DNA of 63,973 bases, filler included, from Octopus bimaculoides (GCF_001194135.2; 6 parts of 6 records of this genome joined end to end with filler, not necessarily neighbours in it), one strand, 5' to 3'. Counted from the first letter of the whole stretch, positions 38,961-52,103 are shown. Numbers and translations: made by a program. The notes: generated from the sequence alone by a model not told the origin.

Positions 38961-39679
38961 ATAGGTAGTTATTTTGGCATTTGTGCTAAGTAGAATAATT
39001 ACCACAGAATCAGCCTTCACCCATGTGTTCCACAATCTCTTTATCATTCTGGCTGCACCGTTATTTCTCAGTTTCTCACTTTCATTGATATCCTCATGAG
39101 ATTGCAAAAGGAATAATCTTGCATTGTTCTTTCTGTTTTCTATGATTATATCATAATCTCATTGCTTGAATAATGTGATCAATTTGGTTAATATCCTAGC
39201 ACACTCAGTTTACTAATATAGTGATACTTGCATTTATGCTCTTTTCCTGCTAGCTTACTGCACTCAGAAGATGGTTAACACTTTTGTTTTTTCTTTTTTT
39301 CCACATTATTTTAACATTAGCATTATTGTTTTTATGACTGTGGATTTGCAGTGCTGTTAGAGCTTCAAACAAAATGCCATGCAAGGATTTGCTCTGGATT
39401 TTTGTGTTCTGGGTGTTAGTACAGAAACAGTGATGGTTGTATTTATTGAGTACAGGATGGTGGTAGAGGGGGGTGCTCATTGTAGATAGGCCCAGTATCA
39501 ATCCTTGTTATACAGGGAACAATCTCTCTCTCCCTCCCTCCCTCTCTCTCTCTCTCTCATAAATGTGTTTTGTAGAGTATTGTCATATGTGTGAACATCT
39601 TAACTTATTGTTAACTACTAGTGGGGCACTTTTATGTATACATCCCTAGATACATGCTTCAGGGTTGTGGTTTTGTATA

Positions 39680-39723
<44 letters not shown>

Positions 39724-39842
39724 TCTCCATACAAATACAGATATATAAAACACTATACATTCAATATTATTATTATTATTATTATTTCCAAACATTTCCT
39801 CATTGTCATCTTAATTTTTCATTTCTTTTCCTCTCTTGGCAG

Positions 39843-40157
39843 ATTTCTCATCACTCAGTCTAGAGGACGTGGACTCAGTGTCAGAGGCTGACCGTGACAC
39901 CTTGGCACCGCTGCCACCACCCACCTGGAACAACCAGTATCCCTACAGCAGTTCCAGCTACCTGCCGCAGAACCTTAGCTATGTGCCACCTTACTGCTAC
40001 ACCAACACCGACACCACCAGCTACGTAGGCAGCTTCGTTGATGGATGTGGCGGACCTCCCAGTGCCACTGGTGGTGTGGGGAGCGGCGGTGTCGTAGGAG
40101 GCGGGGGTGGCGGAGGTGGTGGAAATGGAAGTGCAGGCAGTGTACATAGTGGCTCAG
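39843..40157 (+). CDS. Internal 315-nt exon of an unidentified gene; Ser/acidic, Pro/Tyr-rich, then Gly-rich disordered segment
   Basis: Long polypyrimidine acceptor ttttcctctcttggcAG and donor TCAG|GTAAGA; phase 1-1, open throughout (DFSSLSLEDVDSVSEADRDTLAPLPPPTWNNQYPY...GGNGSAGSVHSGS). GC-rich island that keeps its CpGs inside a CpG-poor block. Confidence 0.8.
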
Positions 40158-40294
40158 GTAAGAACATTTTTTTGTAGAAAATCTTTTGTTGGTTTGTTCA
40201 TTATCAATGCCAACCAGTGTTATTCTTGGCCCTTTTCTCTTACCCCCCCCTTTCTTTTCCTCTTCTCCATGTCCTCACTTTCAGTTTGAAGATG

Positions 40295-40516
40295 TATGAG
40301 TGGGTGCTTAAAAGTTCCTGGTTTTGGGTAAAAGAAAATACAGGAAAATCAGTTAATTATGATTTTATTCAACATGTTACCCTCTCAGGTTCACACACTT
40401 ATTGCAGTAGTCCTTCAATTTTTCTAAGCCCTATAAAAAAACTTGGAAGGTTGAACCTCCAACCAGACCTTTCACTATACCCTTAAAGCCAGGAACTTTC
40501 AGCACCCCCTCGCGTA
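40295..40516. mobile_element. Mariner-type MITE, about 220 bp
   Basis: Left end TATGAGTGGGTGCTTAAAAGTTCCTGG is matched in reverse complement by CCAGGAACTTTCAGCACCCCCTCG; TA-rich flanks. Confidence 0.75.
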
Positions 40517-41224
40517 TATACTATGATGGTAGCCAGCAACTGTTTTCTGAAATTTAAATCAGCTTCTGATTTCTTTTTAGCACCCATCTTCAGCTCACAC
40601 CTATTTTATATATTATATCCTTGGCAAAGTCGCTTCCTCCTTCTCAAATACACTGCTGCCCCTTCGAATGGCCTTTCCCTTTTCTTTGTCTTGCAAGTTA
40701 CTCAGTGAACTCTCTAGTGCTGCTGTCATGAAAATAGTGCCTAGTAAACACTGCAAAATGGTTGGATTTTAGGAAGGGCATCAAGCAGTAGAAAGCATGC
40801 CATAGCTTGACGCTGGGGCCTCGTGACATCTCTGCAGCTCATCAGATTCTGTCAAACCATCCATGCTGCTGTATCTGCACCCCATTATGCTTGGACAACT
40901 TGTAGGGGATGATGGCACCTCATGCTGATGCAAATGTAGTCAATCCCATTTGGTGTGTTTCTGTGGTGAAATCCATGTCCTCTCATAGATTCATTTGTGG
41001 AAGAAGAATTCTTTACCAATGCTGACTCGGCTGTAAGCTTAGTGTTTTACCAGTCTCATACCATTATCGTTTGGACCATGCAATCTAACAGTAGAGGAAA
41101 TTCCACGTTTGTTCTATCCAGTTGGATATTGAAGTCTTCAATTACTATCTTAACGACATATCTGGGCATGCAATCTAATAAGTAATTGACCACAGAATTT
41201 ACTTTTTTTTTTTTTTACTTCTTC

Positions 41225-41375
41225 CTTGATTTATCATCATCATCATCATCATTGTTTAACGTCCGCTTTCCATGCTAGCATGGGTTGGACGATTTGACTG
41301 AGGACTGGTGAAACCGGATGGCAACACCAGGCTCCAATCTAAATTTGGCAGAGTTTCTACAGCTGGATGCCCTTC
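41225..41375 (-). mobile_element. RTE-type 3' tail / SINE with (GAT)n end
   Basis: (CAT)n-TGTTTAACGTCCGCTTTCCATGCTAGCATGGGTTGGACG...GGATGCCCTTCCTAACGCCAAC, a tail I recognise as common in this kind of genome. Confidence 0.6.
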
Positions 41376-41379
41376 CTAA

Positions 41380-41630
41380 CGCCAACTTTTCTAACTCTGG
41401 TTTTGTTGACACTCATGGAATCTTGCATGAGTAGCGGGATTTGCTATCTGGAGCCTATGGTACTATGCTGTTCTTTTCAACTATCTCGTATTTTTCTGAT
41501 AATTCTGGCTGTGCCAGGGAGACAAACTTTTTGTAAGAGCTCTAATGGACACTCTCCTCATTTTTGTTATGTTGATACCTATATCTTTTGATATTGACAC
41601 CAAGGCCCTGTCAATAATCGACACTATCTT
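41380..41630 (-). mobile_element. R4/Dong-like LINE C-terminal remnant
   Basis: LLQKVCLPGTARIIRKI-stop resembles the LQKxxLLGTARIxRKVL terminus. Confidence 0.65.
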
Positions 41631-42104
41631 CATCTTTTTCACCTACCATAGTTAAGCTATTTTGGATTTAAGGTGATTGTTCATTTCCACTTTCTTGCAT
41701 TCCTTAACTATCTGTGAATCAAATGGGCATGCTGCATCAGTTATGGGCACACATGGTTTACTTTGGCCATCACCACAACTAAGTCCAGTTGTGCTCAAGC
41801 ACCTGGTCCATTTAAATTGGGAAATTTCACAAGATTTTGCTAGTCCCCAACTCAGTCACTCTGTGGTACCTCTCTCTAACCTCCACTTTTCACACAGTTT
41901 CAAATACAGAACTTTTACAACCTCATCATGTTGCGACAACATATACTGACTGGTCTGAGGTCAGTCTAGAACATTCATTCACAACATGAGCAATAGTTTC
42001 ATCAAAATCATTATGTATTCAGCACAATGGAGACACTTGTTTGATTCTAAGACTGACCCTCTAATTTTAGCCAAACCTTGGTCTTGTGCTGGAAACATAA
42101 TGCT

Positions 42105-42725
42105 CAACCTGATAGAATCATTAGCATGCTGGACAAAATGCTTAGTGGTATTTTGCCTGCCACTATGTTCTGAGTTCAAATTCCACCAAGGTCAACTTTG
42201 CCTTTCATCTTTTGGGGTTGATGTAATCAACTGGTCTCCTGCCTTCAAATTTCGGGCCTTGTGCCTATAGTACAATTATTATCGTGGTGAGCTGGCAGCA
42301 TTATTAGCATGCTGGACAAAAAAGCTTAGTGGTATTTTGCCTGCCACTATGTTCTGAGTTCAAATTCGGCTGAGGTTGACTTTGCCTTTCATTCTCTCAG
42401 GGTTGTTAAAATAAGTACCAGTTAAGTACTGGAGTCAATGCAATCAACTATCCCCGTCCCCAAATTTCAGGCCTTGTGCCTTTAATAAGAAAAGATTTTT
42501 ATTGTTATTATTATCGGGAAAAGCTGGCAGATTCATTAGTGCATCATGGAAATTGCTTAGCAGCATTTCTTCTTGTTCTTTACATTCTGAGCTCAAACAC
42601 TTCTGAGGTCAACTTTACCGTTCATCCTTTTGGGTTGTTAAAACAAAGTGCCAGTTAGATGTTGGGGGTCAATGTCATTGATTTACTATTTCCCTTTAAA
42701 TTTCTGGCCTTGTACTTATTGTAGA
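42105..42725 (+). mobile_element. Three head-to-tail copies of tRNA-derived SINE family B
   Basis: Repeated TTAGCATGCTGGAC...GTTCTGAGTTCAAATTC...GACTTTGCCTTTCATC...GGCCTTGTGCCT units. Further copies at 43695-43890, 43925-44140, 37745-38050(-), 54900-55350(-), 29590-29770(-). Confidence 0.85.
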
Positions 42726-42729
42726 AACG

Positions 42730-42765
<36 letters not shown>

Positions 42766-42769
42766 GAGT

Positions 42770-43318
42770 GAGAGAGCAGTGCATGCCATCAAAGTGACAC
42801 TGGGGTAAAATATACGAAGCCCAGTATACCCATCATGACTACCCGTCTGATAAGGGTACACCAGGCAGATGCATCACAACCATATATGCACGACATGGTG
42901 ATCTCATATCAAGATCAATGGCGCATGAACTCGCAGGTGGGGCCCAGTTAGAATTTTCTTCAGGTCGAGTAGCCCATCCCGCTCAAAAGGTCCCTGAATA
43001 AGGTTTGTTTTAGGATGTTGAGCAAAACACCCATGTTTCCAAAGGTGAATTATTCAAACCCCCAAAGAATTCCTCTCAACACATGGCTATGATGTTCCCC
43101 CACTACTTCTGCTCATGATCAGAGATGCACATATCACCAGCCACCAAGGGACATGCTCAAATGGTTAAGGCTAAACAACTGACAAGCAAATCTGCAGTAT
43201 TGAGCAGAATATTTGCTGTAGCCCATCTTTTTATACCAAGACAAAACAATGTACATGATAACACTTCCCATCAATTAAGATCAGAAGCCATGAGAGCCAC
43301 TGCCTGGTACTGCATCCG

Positions 43319-43320
<2 letters not shown>
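42770..43320. repeat. Unclassified interspersed repeat bounded by (ATT)n tracts
   Basis: Discrete block of about 550 bp between two (ATT)n microsatellites; family recalled from memory and not verified. Confidence 0.35.
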
Positions 43321-43369
<49 letters not shown>

Positions 43370-44470
43370 TCCATTTCACTTCTCAGAGCTCATGATTTCT
43401 TTTGCTGCAGTTAATTCTGTAAGAGTGGACAACACCTTTTGTCAAGGATCTCACAGGGCTTCTTTCCATGATACATCCACATCACCAGTTTCAAAATCTT
43501 TACTGTCCCCAATAAAGGAGTTTTCTAAACACACTTCATCCTCGTGTCAATTGCAATTGCTCTCAATAAATTAATCAGATCTGGTTGTTAATGCTCCCGG
43601 CACCCCAAGCATTAATGGGATGACAGATTCCTCCTCTTCCTCCTCTTCATTCCTCTTCTTCCTCCTCTTCATTCCTCTTCTTATTTATTATTAAGGTAGC
43701 TGAGGTGGCAGAGTCGTTACCATGCTGGCTGAAATGCTTAGTGGCATTTTGCCTGTTGCTACTTTCTGAGTTCAAATTCCACCGTGGTCGACTTTGCCTT
43801 TTGTCATTTTGGAGTCAATAAATTAAGTACCAGTTGAGTATGAGGTTGATGAAATTGACTGTCCCCTATCCCGAAATGGCCAATAAAAAGAATTCATTAT
43901 TATTATTATTATTATTATTACGAAAGTGGCAAGCTGACAGAATTGTTAGTATGCCAGGTAAAATGGTTAGCAGCATTTTGTCCGTCTTCACGTTCTGAGT
44001 TCAAATTCTGCTGAGGTTGATTATGCCCTTCATCCTTCCAGGGGTCGATAAATTAAGTACCAGTGGAACACTGGGGTCACTGTAATCGACCAACCCCCTC
44101 CCTCCCTCAAAATTTCAGGTCTTGTGCTTACAGTAGAAAGAATTATTATTATTATTATTACTATTATTATCATTATCATTTAACATTTCTGCTGGTTTGT
44201 GTTTGTGTGTTCACGTTGTCACTGTTGCTATTGACAACATAAAACCTTTTCATTGAATTAAAACTTACATTGGATTGTTTTCTTGTTTTTGTTTTTTTTT
44301 GGGGGGGGGAGAGTGAAGAGGGAGAGTCATCTAAAAACTTAAGAATGTGACTCATGACCATCACCATCAACATCACTACGACAACCACCACCACCACCAC
44401 CACCACCATCATCATCATCATTGTTGTTGTCATTATCATTAAACTCTATCAGGAGTTATTTCCTTGATAG

Positions 44471-44544
44471 AATGGACGGAGACCTTTGAATCCTCTTTGT
44501 GGTGGTCAGCCGGACAGCGTCATCATCATCATCACCATTGTTAA
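44471..44544 (+). CDS. Speculative short terminal exon, phase-compatible with the 39843-40157 exon
   Basis: Acceptor ttatttccttgatAG; phase-1 reading (E)WTETFESSLWWSAGQRHHHHHHC-stop; CpGs retained locally; UTR-like sequence follows. The acceptor is only moderate. Confidence 0.25.
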
Positions 44545-45218
44545 TCGTCACTATCATCATCATCATTTATTGTTGGGAATCAATTCTAGTGGTTTTATGG
44601 TATGGTAGTCTTGGAGTTACTAAGGAACATTCGTGTCATCATCATCATCATCACCATCATTGTTGTTGTCATTATGATCTTAATAAGCATCAAGATATAT
44701 GGAGTTTAGTTTTAGCTATTGTGAAAAAGCAAAAAAGGGAACAAAACAATTTTTTTTTTTAAGACTCTGTTCAGGAAGCCATCTCCGCTGCCACGATTTT
44801 TATTTTGTCTTTTATTGCATTTCCAGCAGAGATGTTTTTTTTTTTTGTTTCTTTATTTGTTTTTTTTTTTTTTATGTAAATATTTTTTCAAAATTTCACT
44901 TCTGTGAATCTGTGCATGTAATATACTCTGTGTGACTGGGAGAGAGAAAGAGAGAGGTTAAATAAATGTTTGTCCTAATAATTGTGATGAAATGAAAACA
45001 TTTGGAAAAATAGTTTTTTTCTCGAAACACAAACACACACACACACATACATAAGCGTGTGTGTGTGTGTGTGTGCACATACAGGAGCTCACACACACTG
45101 GCATGACATACAGATGCATGCACTCATTCATACACACACACACACACACACATACAGCCACTGATATACATGCAAATAAACACCCACTCCCACAGACACA
45201 GAAACACACATGCTCTCA

Positions 45219-45269
<51 letters not shown>

Positions 45270-46449
45270 TCTCCTCTATTTCATACACACTCGTACAAAC
45301 ATATGCACAGTTTTTTGTTTTTTTTTTAGTTATTTAGCATTANNNNNNNNNNNNNNNNNNNNNNNNNNNNNNNNNNNNNNNNNNNNNNNNNNNNNNNNNN
45401 NNNNNNNNNNNNNNNNNNNNNNNNNNNNNNNNNNNNNNNNNNNNNNNNNNNNNNNNNNNNNNNNNNNNNNNNNNNNNNNNNNNNNNNNNNNNNNNNNNNN
45501 NNNNNNNNNNNNNNNNNNNNNNNNNNNNNNNNNNNNNNNNNNNNNNNNNNNNNNNNNNNNNNNNNNNNNNNNNNNNNNNNNNNNNNNNNGACTATAAACT
45601 GGATGTTGGTTATGATGATGAGGGTTTTTAGTTGATCTAATCAACAGAACAATCTGCTTGTGAAATTAACGTGAAAGTGGCTGAGTACTCCACAGACACA
45701 TATACCCGTAACATAGTTCTTAAGCAGATTCAGTATCATACAGAATGTGACACAGAATGGGCCCTTTGAATTACAGGTACAACTCATTTTTGCCAGCTGA
45801 GTGGACTGGGGCAATGTGAAATAAAGTGTCTTGCTCAAGGATACAATGTGCTGCCAGGAATTGAACTCAGGATCTTACAAACGTTGGCCAAATACCCTAA
45901 CCACTAAGCTACATGCCTTTACTACCACTTTACAACTAGTGTTGGTTTGTTTACATCTCTCTAACTTGGTAGTTTGGGAAACAGTGACAGAATAAGAACC
46001 AGACTTGAAATGAAAATGTAAATACCAGGGTTTATTTGACTAAATCCTTCAAGGCTGTGCTCCAGCATGGCTGTACTCTAATGACTGAAACAAGTTAAAG
46101 GTATACTGTGTGGTAAGAAGCTTCCTTCCCAACCACATGGTTCCAGGTTCAGTCCCACTGCGTGGCACTTTGAGCAGGTGCCTTCTTCTCTAACCTTGGG
46201 TCTACCAAAGCCTCGTGAGTGGATTTGATAGGCGGAAACTGAAAGAAGCCTGTCATGTGTGCCTGTGCTTTGCCCCCACCCCATCCATTACCGTTTGACA
46301 ACCAGTGTTGGTATGTTTTCATCCTTGTAACTTAACAGTTTGGCAAAGGAGACCAATAGAATAGGTTCCAGGTTTAAAAGGCAGTACTCCAGCATGGCCA
46401 CAGTTTAATGACTGAAACAAATGAAAGATTATATATATATATAGTTGGA

Positions 46450-46630
46450 ATGTACAAAAAAATCAAAAGAAGAAGACAGGTGTATAAACAATAAACAGGT
46501 GTATTAGTTTAATGCTCGGGAAGGTGAGAAAGTCTTTTACGTTTCGAGCCTCAGCTCTTCAGCAGAAAGGAACACGAGGAAATAAACAGAGAGAGAATAT
46601 TGAAAATACAATGAAAATGTGTGTGTAGTG
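46450..46630 (-). mobile_element. Penelope-type pLTR-like repeat with minimal hammerhead-core-like motif
   Basis: Minus strand CTGAAGAGCTGAGGCTCGAAAC at 46541-46562; paralogue at 61066-61200. Confidence 0.55.
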
Positions 46631-48894
46631 TACTTGTTAGAAATATAAATATAATTAAGAAATGATTAAAGAATATCATAATTAAGGTCTCTAATTATCA
46701 AACTATGTCTAGTCCTGCAGACACATTGTAATCACTATTCGCTAATGAGAATCATTGTTATTTCTATTGAGCAGACTCTGCAGAATGGAAGATTACAATG
46801 GAAATAAAGCGAGCGTGGGGGAGGTGTTTAAGATTGAATGGAAGCATTAACAGTTTTTGGCAAGTTGTGTAGATTGTCTGTTGGACTAATCTGTATGTCT
46901 TTATCTCCTCTATTATGTGTTTTGGGTTTTTGGACTGGGGTCATGACTTTAAAGGCTTTTAGTCGAAGAAATCGATCCCAGTACTTGTGTTTGTCTGATA
47001 CCTATCAGTCCCTCTTGCTGAACCACTAAGTTATAGTGATATAAACAAACCAACACTGGTTGGTTTGTTTATATGGTAGTAGGGCGACGATAGACACAGT
47101 CACATTCACATAGGCATATATATATATATGTATGTATACATACACATACATAGAACAGGAAAGGCTTCCAAGTGATGAGCCAATAGGATTGAAGTTCACA
47201 ATGGGAACCGGAGCTCAGGATCCGTAGCCTACTTCTGAGTCAGCAGGTCTAAATTAAGGGAAGAGTAAAATGGAACCAAGGCAGGACAAGCTTATCAGAT
47301 TATTTAAATTATGATTATAATGGTGATTCAAAGAGAGCTAAAGTAAATAATAATGTAATTTACTTTTGCTGACTTCAGTTCACCATTATAAGAATTAAAA
47401 GATCAAAAATCTTTCTGCTGTGACCATCCTGCCTTGTTTTAGAACAGAATATTCAGCGCTGCATTATTTGGTGTGTCCCCTCACTCCGCTTAGCAGGGTG
47501 TATGATTTGAGGAGGGATCTGGCAAGTGTTTCTGTCATCGGTTGAATGAGTGTAAATGCTCTCCCCCCCTTGGGCATGGTCTTCCTTATTGCCTTGATAA
47601 ATAAGGAATCATAAGTTAATTGAGAGATGATGATGATGATGATGACACTGCTAATAAAAAAAATATTTTCCTAATAATGATTATTAAGTATTTTTCATTC
47701 AAATTGTAACATTTAATACATGAAAGTTCTCTGCTCTTTTTAAAAATCTTACAAAAATAGCCAAAGGTAAGGAAGGATATTGTGCTTTACAAAACATACA
47801 AGCTTCTTTTATTATTATTATTGTTATTATTATTTTGTGGGGGGTTTCTTTTTTGCATGGCTTGCATTTGTTTTCTTTCTTGTTCTACTTTTCTTCTTTT
47901 TCTTTCTTGTTACTGCTTTCCCTTTGCTTACACAGTGTTTTCTGTCTTTTTTTTTACTCTTTTATTATCGGAAAATTGCCAGTTCTTTAAATTTTAGAAA
48001 CAGAAATGTTATTTTCCTTTTTTTAATACTTCAACCCACATCCCGTATGCTGCGTATATTGACTTGAGGTGCATTTTTATCTTTCAAGGACTGATTGGAT
48101 ATATCAGGATTTTAATTTTGTTTGCAGATTATATTTTTAATAATAACAATCATACAAAAAATTGTTTAGTTGATTGAGAGGGAGGGCTGGTTAGTCAGCG
48201 TTCATGGCCTTCACAAACTGTCAGAGGCTGCAGGTGAAACTGATACAGTTTATATTCAGCTCGGCCATCTGTAGGGAAAAAACATTATGGGCAACAGTGG
48301 ATTCCAGAGAATGGATATTATTTGTGGAGCTAGGACTGGGTAACTTGGTGAGTGTGAGGGCCTAGGTGAGAATAGGGAAGGGCAGTGATTCATGGGGTCT
48401 TAGATATGAAACTTGCTGGTTGCATGGAGCAGAAGCTGTAGTAGTAGTGGTACTGGTGGTAGTAGTAGTAGCAGTAGTAGTAGTAGTAATACTACTACTA
48501 CTACTACTACTACTACAAGAAAACAAAGGAGAGTAAGAGGCACAGGACAATTTATTAAAGGGTACAGATGTTTTAGCGCGAAAGTGTTGAAGCCCCTGTT
48601 CCCTTCCAGCTGGCCATATCCAACCCAGATATTCAACTGGTTTTCTATTCAAATCAGGCAGAATCAGCCACACACATCTTCAATGACATCCGGAAAACAA
48701 ACAATCACATCATCAAAATTTTGATGCTATGAGATAATGGATGGTTAATTGAAAGCATTGTGAATAAAATAAGCATGGCATTTGACAGAATAATCTGATT
48801 AATAAAGGGTTAGTGTTTCTAGGTGGCAAGAAAAGAGAATGGGGAGGAATAGTGAGAGATGAGAAAGTACCAGATAGGCAAAAAGAAGAGTAGG

Positions 48895-48994
48895 NNNNNN
48901 NNNNNNNNNNNNNNNNNNNNNNNNNNNNNNNNNNNNNNTTAATTAATTAANNNNNNNNNNNNNNNNNNNNNNNNNNNNNNNNNNNNNNNNNNNN
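48895..48994. other. Artificial scaffold spacer
   Basis: 44 N + TTAATTAATTAA + 44 N. Confidence 0.97.
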
Positions 48995-49628
48995 TTAGAG
49001 AAACAAACACAGATACAAAGACACATAAATATATACATATATATATATACGATGGACTTATTTCAGTTTCCGTCTACCAAATCCACTAACAAGGCTTTAG
49101 TCGGCCCGAGGCTATAGTAGAAGACACTTGCCTTAGGTGTCACGCAGTGGGATTGAATCCGGACCAATGTGGTTGGAAAGCAAGCTTCTTACCACACAGC
49201 CATGCCTAAGTCTGGCGGGAAATATATATATATATACACACCTCTACCCTCGTCTATATTATTAATAGCATAAAATGAAGGACTACGAAACTAAATTTAA
49301 TTAGCATCTCAAGATATGCGCTATTCACTCTAGACACGGTTATCGCACATATAATAGAAATGTGTACGACAACGAGATATTATTAAACTATAATTAATGT
49401 TGTGTTGTAGGTTTAGTTTTTGATATCATAGCAAGTTATCACATCCAAGAAACATATATTAAATTATCAAAAATAATCGAAGGTATTGTTTCTATATAAA
49501 CATCTCACATTTGCTATAATCGTACATGTCGACATATTTGTCAGCGGTGTCGTTGTGTAAGATGAAGAAAGCGGTGTGTGGGGGTGCAATGGCGTGTATA
49601 ATTGATTGCATCGATCTTCTCAGTATAC

Positions 49629-49666
<38 letters not shown>

Positions 49667-49756
49667 ACAGCAGTGGTAGCAGAACTACTATCAGTACCAC
49701 CAGCAGCAGCAGCAGCAGCAGTAGCAGTAGCAGTAGTAGTAGTTAGTAGTGGCAGC

Positions 49757-49795
<39 letters not shown>

Positions 49796-50809
49796 GGTGG
49801 TGTTTTATAGAGGCCGGTGCAAGAGACATGTAGGCAGGCAAGATGATTGCGCAAGATTTGTCTTTTGTCTTTTTTTGTCATTTTTTGTTCTTGTCGCTTT
49901 ATTTTCCATCAGTTAATCAGAAGATGAAGGGCAGCTGTGCACGCATCCACCCCATGTAACCGAGACAGGTGTGATGGAGTTATACACAAAGTAGTGCGTG
50001 GTGGTGGTGGTGGTGGTGGTGGATGCTGAACTGCATGATGCGTGCAACAGAGTAATCTCAAGAAATTCCTGATCAAACTTTTATGATCGGTCAACGAATA
50101 CATTTTCCGTCGTTATGAGGAACATAACGAGGATGCAAAAGGTTGCCTTCAAGTACACCGTTAATTACCAGGAACATTTCTGGTAGATCTCCATTGATTG
50201 CTACGACTTGACTTGAACTTTTCAGGATAAGAGAAATTCAAATGGCATAAATACATACATACATACATACATAAACACACGCACAAATAAATAAATATAT
50301 GTATATATTTATATATTTATATATTTACATGTATGTACGCAAGTGTGTATGCATGTATGTATGTATGTATGCATGTATGTATGTATGTATGAATGTATGT
50401 ATGTGTGTGTGTGTGTTCAGGTACACATTTTGTATATCTTTAGTGTGTTAGTACTTTTTAGAATCTTTCATCAATCATGTGATAATATACATATACATAT
50501 ATATATATATATGCATATATATATATACACATATATATATATATATGCATANNNNNNNNNNNNNNNNNNNNNNNNNNNNNNNNNNNNNNNNNNNNNNNNN
50601 NNNNNNNNNNNNNNNNNNNNNNNNNNNNNNNNNNNNNNNNNNNNNNNNNNNNNNNNNNNNNNNNNNNNNNNNNNNNNNNNNNNNNNNNNNNNNNNNNNNN
50701 NNNNNNNNNNNNNNNNNNNNNNNNNNNNNNNNNNNNNNNNNNNNNNNNNNNNNNNNNNNNNNNNNNNNNNNNNNNNNNNNNNNNNNNNNNNNNNNNATTA
50801 TTGATTGAA

Positions 50810-51135
50810 CGCCACGCACACATTTTCAAGTATTTATTTTTTTTCAGAGTGCGATGGGTAAATTGTTGCCATTTTATATTTTTTATTTCACGCATGCGCA
50901 TTGTTTGTATTTGGATTTCTCGACTGCCCAGTATAGTAGGGACAGCTGGGCACCGTCTGTGAGAAAAAGAGCAACATGATGCAATTCACTCTGCCAGTAA
51001 TTTGGAAACGACATGCTGTACTGCTTGGCATTCGCGCCAAGGCTGCAACCCTGCTTGATTATAATGTGTGGGGCGTAGCTGAGCGAAAGACCAACAAAAC
51101 TCCCTGTAACAACAAAGATGAACTGAAGGCATTTC
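50810..51135 (+). mobile_element. Internally deleted Tc1/mariner remnant (DD37D/maT-like)
   Basis: N-terminal FTLPVIWKRHAVLLGIRA joined directly to C-terminal LDYNVWGVAERKTNKTPCNNKDELKA. Confidence 0.65.
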
Positions 51136-51700
51136 GATTAACAGTAACAAATGCCTTGCCTAAATCAATGGTATAGGGCAAGATTCTGTTCAATGCACTC
51201 TTCCTGAAATTGTCTGATAGTAAAGATACAAACAACTGTGCCCATGGAGAAGCGAAACCACATTGAAACTCATTTGGAACTATGAATGTATTTAAACGTT
51301 CTAACAGAATGCTTGCAAGTACCTTTCCAACTACAGGCAAAAGCGAAATCCCACGAAAATTACCACACAGATCCTTTGACCCCAGTTTATACTACGAGAC
51401 TAAAATGGCATCAGTCCAGTCTCGAAGCACTTCCTCAGTTCTCCAACAGTGACAAATTAATATATCTAAGAGTTCAAACATTTTGCTACCCCCATATTTC
51501 AAGATTTCTGCACAGATTCCATCAGACCCTGTAGATTTACTGTTATTTAGCTTATTCGCAGCTAAATAAACGTCATTTCGAGTTGGTTCAAATGCCATCT
51601 CCTCTATAACTGTAAGGTGTTCGATTTTTTCTATCATCCTCTGTACAAAATCATGGAAATACAGACACAGAAATACATCTGCGAATTCAAAGGGCAGTAC
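51130..51700 (-). mobile_element. RTE-clade LINE, RT N-terminal part
   Basis: KSTGSDGICAEILKYGG, DWTDAILV, VVGKVLASILLERL, QCGF, IDLGKAF. Confidence 0.9.
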
Positions 51701-52103
51701 AAGCATTTGGTAGTTTGGAATCACACGTTTGACGCCAACGACATATATATATATATATATATANNNNNNNNNNNNNNNNNNNNNNNNNNNNNNNNNNNNN
51801 NNNNNNNNNNNNNNNNNNNNNNNNNNNNNNNNNNNNNNNNNNNNNNNNNNNNNNNNNNNNNNNNNNNNNNNNNNNNNNNNNNNNNNNNNNNNNNNNNNNN
51901 NNNNNNNNNNNNNNNNNNNNNNNNNNNNNNNNNNNNNNNNNNNNNNNNNNNNNNNNNNNNNNNNNNNNNNNNNNNNNNNNNNNNNNNNNNNNNNNNNNNN
52001 NNNNNNNNNNNNNNNNNNNNNNNNNNNNNNNNNNNNNNNNNNNNNNNNNNNNNNNNNNNNNNNNNNNNNNNNNNNNNNNNNNNNNNNNNNNNNNNNNNNN
52101 NNN

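Noticed and set aside
39843-40157. This exon as the M3-M4 loop of the upstream nAChR, or as a nested gene
   Set aside because: The intervening nAChR exons are absent, a spacer separates the blocks, CpG content differs and no nAChR loop motif is present.
48190-48680. Minus-strand mini-exons (DGRAEYKLYQFHLQPLTVCEGHER; NIWVGYGQLEGNRGF; S/T-rich frame)
   Set aside because: No homology recognised, they conflict with the plus-strand exon in this block, and part is (TAG/TAC)n repeat.
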